This document shows positions 1-13,740 of a DNA stretch of 64,000 bases, piece after piece; position 1 is the first letter of the stretch, and the number at the start of each line of letters is the position of its first letter. A program made the position numbers and the translations under genes. Source of the stretch: Camelus dromedarius (lineage: Eukaryota); contig NC_087447.1 of assembly GCF_036321535.1 (NCBI RefSeq), forward strand, positions 35,590,001 to 35,654,000, read 5' to 3'. Below the pieces are notes generated by a model. That model made no database searches and was not told where the DNA came from. It saw only the letters and a program-made list of their open reading frames with translations.

Positions 1-2435
1 TGGGTTTCTTTGTACCATGTTAATTAAAAAACAGGTTTTCAGTAGTTCGTGGTCAGGGAAGAGGGGAAAAATATTTTTTCAAGGTACAAACTTGTCGTCT
101 TGAGAGCCACAGGAGACAAGGAGAGTCGAAGGGAAGCTCACATGCTGAGCTTTGACTTTCTGCCAGGCACATGGACAACTGATGACAGGTAACCTTGTCT
201 CCATTTTGTAAATGATAAGAATCCTCAGCATTTTACTAAGTGTAACCAACCTATAGGGACTCAGGAAGGCCGGGATTGAAGGTGGTTTTTAAAGTTCTGA
301 TACTAGGACTTCCTGGACCATCAGAGAGATGGTGAATGTTTTTTTCATCCCTTAAGTAAGATCCTCTTCCTGTAAGAGGCCAGCTTCTTCCTTGGCTAAT
401 CGGATTTGGTGGCCACCCACTCCTTCCAAAGTCAGGAATTCAGAAATTCAGACTTCGGTCACTTGGTGCTCCTCTTGATTTATGAAAAACTCTGTCTCGT
501 AGAGTAAAAGTGGTTTTCCAAGAGAGGAAAAAAATAGCTTAAAGGAAGGCCTTGAAGAATCAAGATGACAAAATGTATTATTTATAAGGGTCTAAAATAA
601 GTGCCGGATCCTCCACTCAAAGTGAGCAGGCGACAGCCAAGCACTGTGTGGAGTGGAGCCCAGCCGACTCCAACAAGATCCACGCGGCAGGCTGGTCAGC
701 CGCGGCTCTGCTCGGGATTCCAGGGGTCCTTCTCAGGAGTTAGCTCCCACTGCCAATACAGGGCAGCCCATGTGACTTGTGCAGATGGGCCCCAGCTTAC
801 AAGTGAGTGCAGTAGGCTCAGCCAAGTAAGGCAATGCTTGAAGAAGAATGGGGGAAATGCAGTGAGAGTTTGGGTTGGTGGGGACTCAAGCATGCACATG
901 CACACACACACATTTTGTTTGTAAGATTATAGTGAGTTCCGCATTTAATAACTCAAGAATACAGGTATGTATTGGGAGTGAGGAGGCCAGGCGGGACGGG
1001 AGTAGATACAGGGTGTCTCCACCTTGCCTTTGCTCCTGGTTCCGTAATAGAGCATGCAGCTGCTGCCGACACTGACCATGCAGAGCAGGTCCTGCTGCTT
1101 CCAGGAAGGCCACTTCTTGCTGCATCACAGGTCTGTTTTACTCAAAAAGCTTGGCTCATCATTCTTGAAGAACTTAAAACAATTTCTGTGTTTTCTTTTA
1201 AGAGAATGTTTACAGACATCTCTCCTACAAGAAACTTTCCTGTTTTTTAAAACACTCAGGTTCAGCAAGTCCCCATTTTATCCAGTGGGGAAGAGGCAGT
1301 CAGTGTCCAGGGGTCTCTGATTAATAAACAGCATTACAGAAATCCCATTTCCCTGTCACTCATCTCTTGACTCTGCCCCAACACCTTTATTATCTGAGTT
1401 CTTGTGATACCGACAGGCCTGAGAACAATTTCCCAAGTCCACTTGTCCATACAGGGCAAGATTCAGTGACAGGAGGGAGGTCACTGAAAAAGAGAAGGTG
1501 ATGCCAAGAGACTTCTGAGGACACCTGTGAGATTGTCATGATAGTCATGAAGATTGTGCTACAGCTTCAGAGTGATTACAAGTCTACTTTTATCAATAGA
1601 ATGATAGGTGGGGATTTGAATGATAGACTGGGATTTGAACAGAGGCTGGAGCCTTCAGAACCCTCTCACCTGTTTCTAATCCTTCCTCTGCTTCATCTTC
1701 TTCCTCTTCCAAATTTCTCTTCTAGGATATAGTGGCCACACTGGAGAAGTGCTTTCAGTAGCTCTTGCTGTATTTGGAGCTTGCTCTGTGTTCTCTGTTG
1801 GCTGGTGGCTTCCTTCCTCACCGTGGGAGCTAGTTATGGTCCATGGGCCCTGATGCAGCCCATGGCAGCATCAACCTGGTCTTGCTTCAGGTTTTAACCT
1901 CAGAGGTCTTCCAGTTTCCTCTCATCAGAGTAATTATCCCTAGAGTGCAGGCCACCTGTCAATAGGCTTGGGTTTACCTATATGCCCTGGCAGTGCAGAG
2001 AACCTTCAAGAAGATGGACGTCTGGCCTCCCTACTCCCTACGCCCCAATGCAGAATAGTAAAATCTTAAGATAAAAAGAAATCTTCAGCATTTTAAAATC
2101 CAGTTTTCTACTCAACATTTGAATGGTGCAGCTTGATGTAGAAGGACATGATAAATTGAAATGATTGGATTCAAATCTCATTTTCACCACTTTCTATGTG
2201 AGCCTAGCCTGGTCAGCAGATTGGACTAAGCAAGAAATGCCTTGTAGAGTCATACTGGAGAAAACAGATGATGTAGCTAAAGTGACTATATATGTGATAT
2301 GCTTGATAAGTAGTGGGTAATATTGTCATTATCCTGAAAACCAGAGTCTTTCCAACTTTTGCCTGCAGAATACCTGAGTTCTTTCAGGTGTTCGCCATCA
2401 TATATGGTTTTTAGATGCCTTACAACCCTGCTTAC

Positions 2436-2437
<2 letters not shown>

Positions 2438-2493
<56 letters not shown>
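2438..2493. repeat. (TTA)n microsatellite, ~18 units, probably from the tail of the adjacent antisense L1
   Basis: Perfect ttattatta run. Confidence 0.97.
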
Positions 2494-2685
2494 GTAAAAT
2501 ATACATAACGAAATTTACCATTTTAAGTGTACAATTCAGTGGCATTAAGTACATTCACATTGTTGTTCACCTGTCACCTCCATCTATCTCCAGAACTTTT
2601 TCATCCTCCCGTGATGAAACTCTGTACCTATTAAACAATAACTCCCCATTCCAGTCACCTCCCAGCCTGGCCACTCTCTTTTAAA
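2494..2685 (-). mobile_element. L1MB-like LINE-1 3' end fragment
   Basis: aaatttaccattttaagtgtacaattcagtggcattaagtacattcacattgttg...ccagaactttttcatc...gaaactctgtacc is a typical antisense L1M 3'UTR. Confidence 0.8.
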
Positions 2686-4229
2686 TAGCATACTCTAAGT
2701 TCCTCAGTGCCTTTCTTCCTGCCACAGATGGAGGTTGGAAAGTGCTTTTTGGTAGGGTTTTCTTTGACACTACAAACTCCCACTGTGGAGCCCAAGAGTT
2801 AAAGATCTGTGCCAATTGCAACAAACTTTGGAGATGGCAAATGGTTACAAAATGGATGTCAATACAGCTGCTTTGCATGGACTGGATCTGCAAAGAGCCT
2901 TCCAAGGACTGGTGCATTCCTTCCAAAATTATCCAAGGATGTGGCTTGGCACAGCTTTGGAGAGAAATCAACAGTTTTTGAATTCTTCAATAATATCTAC
3001 CTCGTGATGAAGATTAAATGAGATAATTCATGTCAAGTGTGTAACAGTGCCTGGTGCAGATAAAGCCTTTATATGAAAGCTGTTGTTACTATTATTGTTC
3101 TGTGGCAGAGATATTATGTATGTTTTGGTGTTTAAGCCCCACAATAGGTGATACCAACTTCATTTTACATGAGGAAACCAAGGCTCTGGGCTGTTGATGC
3201 CCCTGAAGCTAATAAGTAGCAGAGTAGCAGAGCTGGGATCCAGACCCATACTCTTTCCCTCATAAGATGCTACCCATTGTGATAACCAAGAAAAGAACTA
3301 TATGGGTGAGTCATATTGACTTCATTCTTGGTACTTCATGTTTCCATCTACCCTGGCCTTTTTCTGAGGTCCTGTCTACTTGCTGTTTCTTCTTTTTAAA
3401 ATCACATCCAATGTCCAAGCTTCAGAGCCTTCTGGATTTACCAGTCTCCATTCTCTGCACCATCTGAAAGTGATCATTCAGGGTCTTCAATAGGCTGTCT
3501 GCTCTAGAATAGGAAACTGAAACCATGTATGTGAACCATGGAACTCTCTGGCTTTACTGGATGAGCATCTAAGAGCTAATGCATCGTGCATGAAGTTTAG
3601 AGCAATCATTGGGTTTTGGTCAGGAAAAAGGGCTTTCCAGGTGAATGCAAGTCACCTGGTTGGAATTTGTTCAGAAAAGAAAACACTTACATTTGACTTC
3701 TATGACTGATTTCCATGAGGATTCATTCTCCTATCAGAAAACAGGACCAAGTCACTCTGTTTTGCTCTTTGTCATGGCTCCTAGGAAGCTCAAAACCACC
3801 TTGACTGTTTAGTCACACAGGGCATGTACACAAAATTCCCAGCGCTGGCATGTTTGGATATGTCTCCTTTCATGGTTTTGAATTTTTATTTCTATTGTAC
3901 TCACTGTATTATAGGAATTCCCTTTGGAAAGAGATGAGCTTAGAGTCAATGAACCAGTAAAGACTATATAAGTGCCTGGAGGTTAAGGACCGTGTTTGGT
4001 TATCATGGTGTCCCCAGCACACAGCCTGGTATCTGGCATGTGGTAGGTGCTGAATAAATGTTTATCAGTTGAATGAATAAAAGATACTAATGAATCAGCA
4101 TTCAAAATGACTTGAAGGGTGTCATCTTTGGTACTTCCCTTTAGACTTTCAGCTCACAGGGTCATCAAAGTGGAAGCTTTAGAGACTGTTCCTAAGACTT
4201 TGGAGGTCCTCAGTAAGGAACTGTGTACA

Positions 4230-5040
4230 CAAGCTAGCAGCAGACACCAGAAATAATAATGGTTTAAACAAAAGAGAAATCTATTTTCTCTCACTGTTAT
4301 GGACTAAATTGTATGTGCCCGAGATTCATAGGTAGAAGCCCTTACCCCTCAGTATGACTGCATTTGGGGACAGGGCCCATGAGGAGGTAACAAAAGTTAA
4401 GTGAGGTCATAAGGCTGGAGTCTTAATTCGATAAGACTGGGGTCCTTATAAAAGAGGAAGAGACACCAGAGATCACTCTCCCTTCATGTGTGCACAGAGG
4501 AAAGGGCATCTGCAAGCCAGGAAGAGAGGCCTCACCAGAAACCAACCCTGATGGCATCTTGATCTTGGACTGCTAGCCTCCAGAACTGTGAGAAAATCCG
4601 TTTCTGTTCTTTAAGCCACCCAGTCCGTGGTATTTTGTTGGGGCAGCCCAGGAGCCTGATACACTCACATGTGAGAAGTCTGGTGATAATCAGCCCAGAT
4701 GTAGTATCTCTATGGGTAGCAAGATTATTTCCAGTTATCTTCATCTCTCTATTTCACTATCCTTAGCATAGGCTTTTATCATCAGGGTTTCCTCACGGTC
4801 CAAGATGGCTGCTAGAGTTCTAGCTGTCACATCCATATTCAGGTAGGAAGCAGGTAGAAGGGAGAAAGGACAGAAAGAGGCCCTACTAAGGGCACTTTCC
4901 CTGAAGTGGTACCCAGCCATGCCCACTTGCAACTCATTGGCCAGAACCTAGTTACATAGCCACACCTAACCATAATGAAGGCTGGGAAATTAGTCTTTTC
5001 GCTGGGGACATGGCTGCCCTGAATAACATTTGGAGAGAAT
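4230..5040 (-). mobile_element. Older MLT1J-like LTR, split by the MLT1A insertion
   Basis: aatggtttaaacaaaagaga..ctattttctctcac before the insert; caagatggctgc and ctcattggccagaac...gctgggaaat after it. Confidence 0.7.
4295..4663 (+). mobile_element. MLT1A-like MaLR solo LTR with intact 5-bp target-site duplication
   Basis: TG...CA ends. Motif cttgatcttggact...cctccagaactgtgaga...taagccacccagt. ctcac duplicated at 4290-4294 and 4664-4668. Confidence 0.88.
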
Positions 5041-5199
5041 GCATCTTGAGCAGATACCAGTAGACTATGCCTAAGGAACACGAGCACTTTGGGAAATGAG
5101 GAAGCTGGAAGTGAGCTTCTCACTCACAAGAACAGTCCCACTTCTCAGAGCCTGTGAACTGCCACCCAGATTTAAATCCTTGCTCCCCCATACAGAAGA

Positions 5200-5888
5200 G
5201 TTCCAAAAAATTTATATAGATACTCCCTGCTTTAGGAGCTGGAATTTAACTTCCCATTCCCTGAGTGTGGGCTCTGCTTAGTGACATTCTTCCAAAGAGT
5301 AGACCATGGAGAGGGGAGTGGTAGAAGGGAGGAAAACTTTACAGTGAAGAAACCTGGCAAACATAACCTTGACCGGGTGATCAAGGTTAACATCATCAGT
5401 GATAAATCTCATTGATATTATGTACCTTTGATGTGACATGATGAGAAGGGCATTTCATCTCTGTGGTCTTCCTCCCATAATCCCAGTTTAACCATGAGTA
5501 AAACATCAGAAAAACCCAAATTGAAGGGCATCCTGTAGAACAGCTGACTAGTACTTTTCCAAACTGTCAAGATCATCAAATACAAGGAAAATGAGAGGAA
5601 CTGTAACAGACTAGAGGAGCCTAAGGAGATGTGACAACCAAATGTAATGTGATGGCCATATCCTGGAGCAGAAAAAGGACATTAGAGAAAAACTCACAAA
5701 ATCTGAATAGTGTAGCATTTAACTCATAGTTATGCACCAATGCTGATCCCTCAGTTATGACAAATATACTATCGTAACATAAGATGTTAACAACAGGGAC
5801 AGCTTGGGGGGGTATTTGGGAACTATCCTATCTTTTCAACTTTTCTGTAAATCTAACACTTTTCTAAAATTTGAAAGTTTATTAAAAT
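5200..5888 (+). mobile_element. L1MC/L1MD-like LINE-1 3' end
   Basis: gaaacctggcaaaca, gatcaaggttaacatca, cagaaaaaggacattag and caacttttctgtaaatctaa motifs. Confidence 0.75.
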
Positions 5889-7065
5889 TAATCCCTGCTC
5901 TCCTGCTAACTCAGTGGATGACTTGGACAAGTCACTTCACCCCAGTGGGCTCAGGTCCTCAACCGTGAGGTGGGGTGACAGCACCTTCACTGCAGGATTG
6001 AGAAAAGGCTTCCCTGTGACAAGTGTGACAGCCCTTTGGAAACAGTGTCCCCACACAGTGGCTCAGCATGCAGGTTGCGCTTCTGCCTCTGCAGCCCCCC
6101 ACAGGGAGGCCGTCCAGAGGTTTCCCCAGAGGCCGCTGCTGCTGCAACACCCAGCAGGCCCAGCCCCCACCCCACGGGAGCTCCTCTAGAGCCAGAATTC
6201 TGTGCAGGAAACTTCTCCGTCACCTCTCTTGACAGGTTGCTCTTATGAACTAAGATTGCATTTTTAATTTTCATATTTCACTTCGTTTTTCCCCCCTTGA
6301 ATTTAGTTTTTCTCTTCAGGAATCAGCATACGACTCAAGCTGCCAGTTCTAAATTTAGTGCTGCCTGTGATACGGAGAATGCATTTACTGCTGCCTAGGA
6401 TGTGTATTTGGAAATAATGGTTTTATTTACCACATCCAGTAATTCTGCCTGCCTGCTGGGCTCTTTCAGGAAAGAGTTTGTCATCTCCTTTCCTCCTAAT
6501 GATGAAATGTTGCCGGCTCAAGTCCCAGGGGCCCAGCCCGGGCCAGACGCTGGTGACTGGAGTCTCTGTTTAATTAAACAATACCATGCCCAGGATTCTG
6601 CAGGCAGGAGTTCTCTTCGAGCCTTCTGTTTAGGGGTAGTTTGGAAATGAAGTCCAGAAAGGGCTCATGGACTCTTTGGAGCCTAGAAGCCTATCTCTGG
6701 CCTCCAGGCTGATAAGATTTGGCCCCTTTTTCAGAGAGCTACCCCTTCAGTGCTGGAATGTACATGAGGGGAGGAAGGCCCACATGTCTGGAGCATGTGC
6801 CCTGGACTTTGGATGCTGAAGATACAGAAGTAAATTACAGACAACTCCTGCCTTCTGAGAACCACCATTCATTCATTTCTTCAGAAAACACATTGAGCAT
6901 CTACCAGGGACCTGACACCATGCTAATCGTTAGGGTTATAACAGTGACCAAATCAGACAGTTTCATGCCTCCAAAGCTTGCTCTCTCATGCACGGGGTTT
7001 GTATGGCTCTGATACACAGCAAGAGACAAGGGGCAATATGTGATCAGTTGGGGAATGAGGCAGTG

Positions 7066-7768
7066 TGTACTTAGTTCCCAGGGATGCAGGAGTAAAGTAC
7101 TGTAGTGTGAGTGGCTTACAGCAACAGAAGTGTGTTCTGTCACAGCTCTGGATGCCAGAAGTCTGAAAACAAGGTGTCAGCAGAGCCATGCTCCCTCTGG
7201 AGACCCCATGGGAGAATCACCCCTTGTCTCTTCTGTCTTCTGGTGGCTCCAGGCATCCCTTGTCTTGTGGATGCAAACTCTAGTCTCTGCCTCTGTCTTC
7301 ACACAGCCTTCTCTATGTGTCTCTGTCTCCTTGTCTGTCTCTTACAAGGACATTTGTCTTTGGATTTAGGGTCCACCTGGATAATCCAGGATGGCATCAT
7401 CTCAAGGTCCTTAACTTAGGTCCATCTGGTCCCATCTGCAAAGGCTCTGGGGAAGAACCCATTCTTTGCTTCTTCCAGCTTCTGGCGGTTGTTGGCATTC
7501 CTTGACTTCATTCCAGCCTCTGCCTCCATGGTCACATTGCCTCCTCTTTTGTCTGTGGGTCAGACCTCCCTTTGCCTTCCTCTTGAAAGGACACTTGTGA
7601 TGGCACGTAGGATCCATGCCCATAATCTAGGTCAGTCTTCTCATCGCAAAATCCTTAACTTAATCACATCTGTAAAGACTCTTTTTCCAAATAAGGTCAC
7701 ATTCACAGGTTCCGGGGGCAAAGACTTGGGCATATGTTTTGGAGGGCCACTTCCGTCCCATCACACAA
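7066..7768 (-). mobile_element. MLT1 (C/D/E-like) MaLR LTR with an internal duplicated segment
   Basis: cacagctctgga..gccagaagtctga..caaggtgtcagcag. Two copies of cttctgg..ggcat.cctt...aaggaca...ataatc...tccttaactta. Ends with aataaggtcacattcacaggttcc. Confidence 0.8.
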
Positions 7769-8859
7769 TCAATGCAAGAGTCTAAGGCCAGTATGTATTC
7801 ACCCTGTGAGGTAGATTTTACTTTCATTTCCCACATGAGGACACTAACGCTCAGAAAAATTAAGTGATTTACCCGAGGTCATTCAAAAAGGAAGTAGCAG
7901 AATCAGGGATGGAAACCTGGAGTTCTCTGACTTTGAAGCCCATTCTTTTCCCTCAGTGCCTTCTGACCAACCAGAATTTTTGAGAAATCTCTCCTTTGGT
8001 TTCAGACACAGATGGCCATTGGGAAGACCACACCTAGGTATTACCAAGCACCGAGATCTGGTGGAAACTGGTTTGGCACTGGCACCTAAAGGAGAAGCGA
8101 GCCACACTGTGCCATCTTAGAGTTGTGCCCAGCGTCTCGTCTCGTTCTTTGATGTGTGAGGGACCCCTTTGCTTGCCTGCCGCTGGGGAGGTCTCTGGCC
8201 AAAGACTCTGGTTACAAGCTGGAGGGCCTGAGAATGCATAGGGTAGGGCTGTCCAGGTTTGAGTCACTTATTTCCCTGACGTTTCCGAGCAAGGCCATGA
8301 GTGAGGTGCCGGACAGTCAGAGATGACCACCTATGGTCCTTGCCCCAAGGCAGAGTGACAGAATAGGAAAAGATCGAGAACCAAGTCCTGCCCTGCCTCT
8401 TCCCCTGTGTGACCTCACACCTTACCTTTCCAAGCTCTGTTTTCTTATCTGGAAAAAATGGACTTTTTTGAGATTTAATGGAGATAAAAATGAAAAGGTG
8501 ACTGGCACAGCCTTGGGATATAATAGGGTTAATGGATGTGTAAACTTCCCTTTCATAAAAAACCCAGTCTCCAGGCCAGAACAGTGGTTCCCAAACTGTA
8601 AGCTCTGGTGCCTCAGAGTCCAGCGTATAGAACAAGGTCCCCAGATTCCTCTGCACACCTACATGCAGCATTGTTTTCAGATATATATAGATGGTATCAT
8701 GGTGACTCAAACACAGTTACATTTGAAAGCTTTACTGAATTCATGGTGACTTTGTCATTAAATGTTGCTTTGATTGGTGTATATGAGAAGATGCTGAAAT
8801 TCTCTAATATTACAAAGGAGCCCTCATGCTCAGATGTGTTGACAACCACAGCTGTAGTG

Positions 8860-9340
8860 TGGGAGACAGAGGTATAAACTGACAAATCAGATTACCCATG
8901 ATCAGTGCTATTACAGAGCTATGTTCAGGTTCTACAGAAGCAGGGAGAAAAGCTTGACAGGCTGCCTGGAGAAATCTGGGAAGGAGGTGACACTGAGGCT
9001 AGGCCTTCAAAGATGAATAGGAGTTTGCCCCATTTGGAGAGTGGGTATTACAGTTAGAGAGAATAGCCAGTTAGAAGGTACAGAGTCCAGGTGGTGAGGA
9101 CTTCAGTTTTGGTGGGGGTTAGGAGAGGGGAAAGAAAACAAGATAGGAGCTGGGTCAGGGCTGGGCCTGCATGCCACGCCAAAAAGTTCAAGGTGACCAC
9201 AAGCAGGGGAAGCCAGGGAAGGGTTTGAAGTGGAGGAATAAATCGGCCTTTTAGAATGATCACTGTCTTGATGGAGGATGGAGCTAGGGAGACCTGCAAA
9301 GTGGGAGGGCTGTTGGGGAGGAGGTGTGGGACGCAGCAGA
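8860..9340 (-). mobile_element. L2 LINE fragment
   Basis: ggaggtgacactgagg...aagatgaataggagtttgcc...ttttagaatgatcactg motifs. Confidence 0.55.
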
Positions 9341-9435
9341 CTGGCGAAGCACAAGGTTCAGGAGTGACACAGCACATCATAATGTATCTCCCCCACAGAA
9401 ATTCTTAGGAGGATTAAATAAGAAAATGGATTTCC

Positions 9436-9570
9436 TGGAATATTATTCAGCCTTAAAAAGGAAGTTCTGACACATGTACAACATGGGTGGATCTTGAAGA
9501 CATTATGCTAAATGAAATAAGCCAGTCATAAAAGGACAAATGCTGTAAGACTCCACTCTCAGGAGACATT
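9436..9570 (+). mobile_element. L1MB-like fragment
   Basis: ggaatattattcagccttaaaaaggaa...cttgaagacattatgctaaatgaaataagccagtca. Confidence 0.8.
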
Positions 9571-10469
9571 GAGAGTGTCTATGCAGATTACTAGTAATGT
9601 GGCTCTGAACAAGCATTAATCTCTCTGAGTTTCGATACCTTGCCTATAAAGTGGAGATGCTATCTCGTGGGATTTTTATGAAATATAAATGAGAAACATA
9701 ACATACAAAGCCTAGCACATTATAGGTGCTTAGTAAACATTTTCCTTCTCTGCTAGAAAATTTCATACTTCATTTTTTTTCCTCGTGACCACCCTGAAAG
9801 GAAGAATTGTCTTATTTGCTTTTTTGTTTCAGATAAGGAAATTAGAAATCTTAGAGATTAAGAAACTTGCCTAAGTCCCCACAGGAAGTGGATGGTAGCT
9901 CTGAGACTCTCTAAGCCTTTGCCCTCCTGCTGAGAGACTGCTCCCTGTGTCTCATTCGATCCTGAGTACAAGAATGTTCACATAAGAGACCACCTCTAGA
10001 ACAGCTCCTGGGAAGACGGGACACCCAGAAAGCTGTAACCACACAGTGTCCATACACCGTAACAGAAAAGTGTGCACACAGTGCCAGGAAGCTGGCTCTC
10101 CTCGGCCTTCTGTCTATCTAAGGGAAAGTGGGTTATACACATAGTTATATATAAAAAGTACTTTGGAAACCTCACCCATTCAAAATGACTTGCTGGAAGA
10201 GCCTTTCTGGTGGCAGTGGACGTCCACTGTTGGTTCTTATCCCAGAGGACAAATGAGGTCAGCTGGCCTCCCTGAATTCAGCTTGGAGTGGTTGTAACAC
10301 AATCGCTACCTGGAAGAGCTTGAGAAAGGATGCAGCCTTTGCACTGAATACTTGATTTGCCTCTTTTTAGTTATGTGATCTTAGCTAAGTGCTCAAGCCT
10401 CAGTTTCCTTAAACTTTAAAGCTGAATTAATAAAATTAACCTGGCAGAGTTGTTGTTTGGATTAAATGG

Positions 10470-10700
10470 TATGGAGCCAGACTACCTGGATTTGAATCCT
10501 AGCTCTGCCACTTAACTGGCTGTGTAATATGGGGCAAGTAATTTTATCACTCTGTGCCTTGGTTTTCTTGTCTATAAGATGAGTATAATGACAGGACCTG
10601 ACTCTAAGGGTTGTGGTGAAGATTAATGAGTAAAGTGCTCAGAGCAGTGCCTAGTATATTGTATACTCTCAGTAAATGTTAGTTATTATTGTTATTATTC
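10470..10700 (+). mobile_element. MIR SINE
   Basis: tggagccagactacctggatttgaatcctagctctgccacttaactggctgtgt...ctcagtaaatgttagttatt. Confidence 0.85.
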
Positions 10701-12276
10701 TAACCAGCTTTTGCCTCTCACTGGAGTGCTGGCTGTGGGGTGATCACAAGCTCTAACAGCTGTATAAACATGCAACTTTTTTTTTGACACAGTAATTCTA
10801 GCAGCAGAGGAGAAGAGGGGTCCCTTGTCTTTCAATAGACACAGGAGACAGTGTGTCTGCAGGCAGGTTTCCTAGGGGAAGTAGCACTTTTCCTGGACCT
10901 TGGAGGACCCTTTGGTCTATAAGGTGTAAGGCCACTTCCCTGTTGAGAGGGGCGAGATTTCAACTGAAAGGCAATGTCATTTGCCCATCACCGCATTCCA
11001 GCCCATTACCTGAGGAGGAAACATGACCCCCCAGGCCAGACCCAGACATGAAGGGATTGACCCAGCAGAAGGCAGAGTTGATTCTGGATCTCTTGACTTG
11101 GACCACGAGTGGGACGGGACTCTGTACGACAGATTTCCCAACCAGGGTATCAAGACAACAAGGCCGTCAGCACTTAGGGGTGGTGGCCAGGGCTGGGCCA
11201 GCAGGAGCCCCTCCTTGATTTGCACATTCCCCTCTCCATTCACCCAGTGCGTCAGAATTATTATTTTCATGTGGGCCTTAACGTGTTGGGAGGTACTGCT
11301 CCTGGAGGCCATGCCTGTGAGGCAAGAGGCCAGATGGTGACCACGTGGAAACCTCTGGAAGCTCGAATGACTGGAACATGAGCAGAAGCTGCTGCAGATA
11401 TATGTCCTGGCCCTTTGAGAGAGAGGAGAGTTATTAAAGAGTCAGAAGCCTCATCTTGGCAGCCCTGCCTGCCTGTAGATGTGTGTGGACTGCTGTAATG
11501 ATTTCCTCCTCAGTGCCCCCTAGCATTTAGTATACTTCCTCCCGCAAATCCCACTCCGTCTCGGCTGCACTAATGGGAGTGGAGGGAAGAGGGCTCATCC
11601 ATCCTCAGGCTAAAGTTGTTCAGAGTAAGAATGCTCCCCCTTCCCCAGGGTACACAGTGGTGCTGAGAGACCTTTGAGGGGTGGGAGAGAGGCAGCCTGA
11701 GAGGCAGAGTGAAGTCTGCTTGCTCAGTGAGAGAAAGCAGCCCCGTTAAAGCTCGTTCCCTTGAGCAGAGAGCACAATCTTCTGGCTTCCTGGCAAGAGC
11801 CAAACGAAACAATCTCCCGCACAGACCACTCACAGACTGAAACTCAGGGCTCAGGTTTAAAAGTGATGAGACCCCATAGTAATTATGTAGACCCAAGTCC
11901 TAAATCCACATGCAGATCCCAGGAAGAATGGAAATCCTAAAGACTATGGTTTGCAAAAGCGAGTCTTCCTGCTTGAATGAGCAAACCTGTTCATACCCCT
12001 CATTCCTGTTGGCATTAACTGTCTCCCTACCGAGAAGGAGAATTCAGAGGAATCAGCAACACTATTTAGCCAGGATTTCTTTTCTCGACATTCTTTTGAG
12101 AAATTCTATTTCCTGTCGGCTCCGTGATGAAACTGATAAAGCATGGGCAAGTGACTTGACTCTCTCTAAGCCTCGTTTCCTCTTCTGTAAACAAACATCA
12201 GAACAGCAAAACCTACCTCTCAGGGTTATTTGGAGGATTAAATAAGGTAAGGTAGATGAGAATGCCCAACTTCGCA

Positions 12277-12724
12277 TGTGTTAGGATTCTCCAAAGAAAC
12301 AGAACCAGTAGGGCATGCTATATATATCATTTGTCTACCTGTCCACCTGTCTGTCTGTCTGTCCTTCTAGATTTATTTTAAAGAATTGTCTCACACTATT
12401 GTGGGGGCTGGCAAGTCTGAAATCCTTGGGGCAAGCCAGCAGCCTAGAGATTCAGGTAAGAGTTGATGTTTCAGTCTTGACTCCAAAGGCTGGAAACTCA
12501 GACAGGGTTGCTATATTGCAGCCTTGAGGCAGAATTCCTTCTTCTCCAGGATATTTCAGTCTTTGCTTTTAAGGCCTTCAACTGATTGGATGAGGCGCAC
12601 TACAATCGATCATAACTGTTAATCACATCTTTAAAAATACCTTTACAGCAACATCTAGACTAGTGTTTAACCAAACAGCTGGTCACCAGGGGCTAGCCAA
12701 GGTGACACAGGATGAACCGTCACA
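12277..12724 (-). mobile_element. MLT2 (ERVL) solo LTR
   Basis: ttctccaaagaaacagaaccagtagg...ggggctggcaagtctgaaatc...ggccttcaactgattggatgagg...ctagccaaggtgacaca. Confidence 0.8.
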
Positions 12725-13584
12725 CCATGAAGGGTGAGGGGTCTCAACAAAGACATTTCCATCCCTCTCCCCTTCCTTCCCTCGCTCCCTTTCAAAGTCA
12801 TTGCTGACATCTGAAGAGGCTTCACTCAGGGACATCTCTGGCATGTGGGCCTGGAAGCTGTTAGACTCTGAGAAGTGGAGCCCCTGTGTCTCCCCATCTC
12901 TCTCAGATCGGTTTCTGCTGATTTCACACCCCAGGAAATCAGTGTCCCTACTTCCTGAGTCCAGCCCTAGGGTAGCCCCAGTGGTTTTCCTCTGAAATCC
13001 ACGTTCCAGCCGTGCCGCTTTTCCTCCGAAGCTGGTCCAAGTTGTTTCTGATCCGCTTCTGTAACGTGTGTGGTGCTGCTGTTTCTGAATTTAGATCAGA
13101 AGACCTGGACTCTGCCGCAGCAGGATGGTGTTAGCGGCCAGGATGACCTTTCTGGCATGGGTTAGTTAGCAGTGACCGAAAGACTGGAAGGAACGTCTTG
13201 GTGGAGGATTAAGAGTTAAAACTCCCTGCCTAGAACATTTCAGGTGGCGTTCTGCCTGGAAGTAGAGAGCTGGACTGTGCTCCGTTTCAGGGATTTATCC
13301 TCCACAGGTGATCCAAAATGCTTCGCATTTTAATGGAATATGGAATTGGTTTTGCCAAAGTTGAAGAATGCCTAGATGGGGTCTCTAAGGCAGCGTTAGT
13401 TAAGGAAAAGAGCTCTGGACCAAGAATTCACAAACCTGGACTCTGCCCGGCCACCATCTCTCCCTGTGATTGGGGGTAAGTCACTTCCTAAGCGTGGGCC
13501 TCATGCTGGAAACAACTCTGCACCTTGCTTTTGCACAGATACCACTTTACAGCTTTCGGAGCATCTTCACGATTCACCATCTCT

Positions 13585-13740
13585 GTTCCCCACACCAGCC
13601 TCATGAAGTAGGCAGGATATAGGTATGGAAATGGATTGTCCCATTTTGCAGACAGGGTTCAAAGAGGTTAAATGACTTGCCTACATTCACACAGATAGGA
13701 GGTGATAAAGCTAGTACTGAACCCAGGATCCTTAGTCTGG
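13585..13740 (-). mobile_element. MIR SINE
   Basis: ccccattttgcaga...aagaggttaaatgacttgcc...gaacccagg. Confidence 0.7.

Noticed and set aside
2415..2684. Poly-tyrosine ORF
   Set aside because: Translation of the (TTA)n microsatellite and an L1 fragment.
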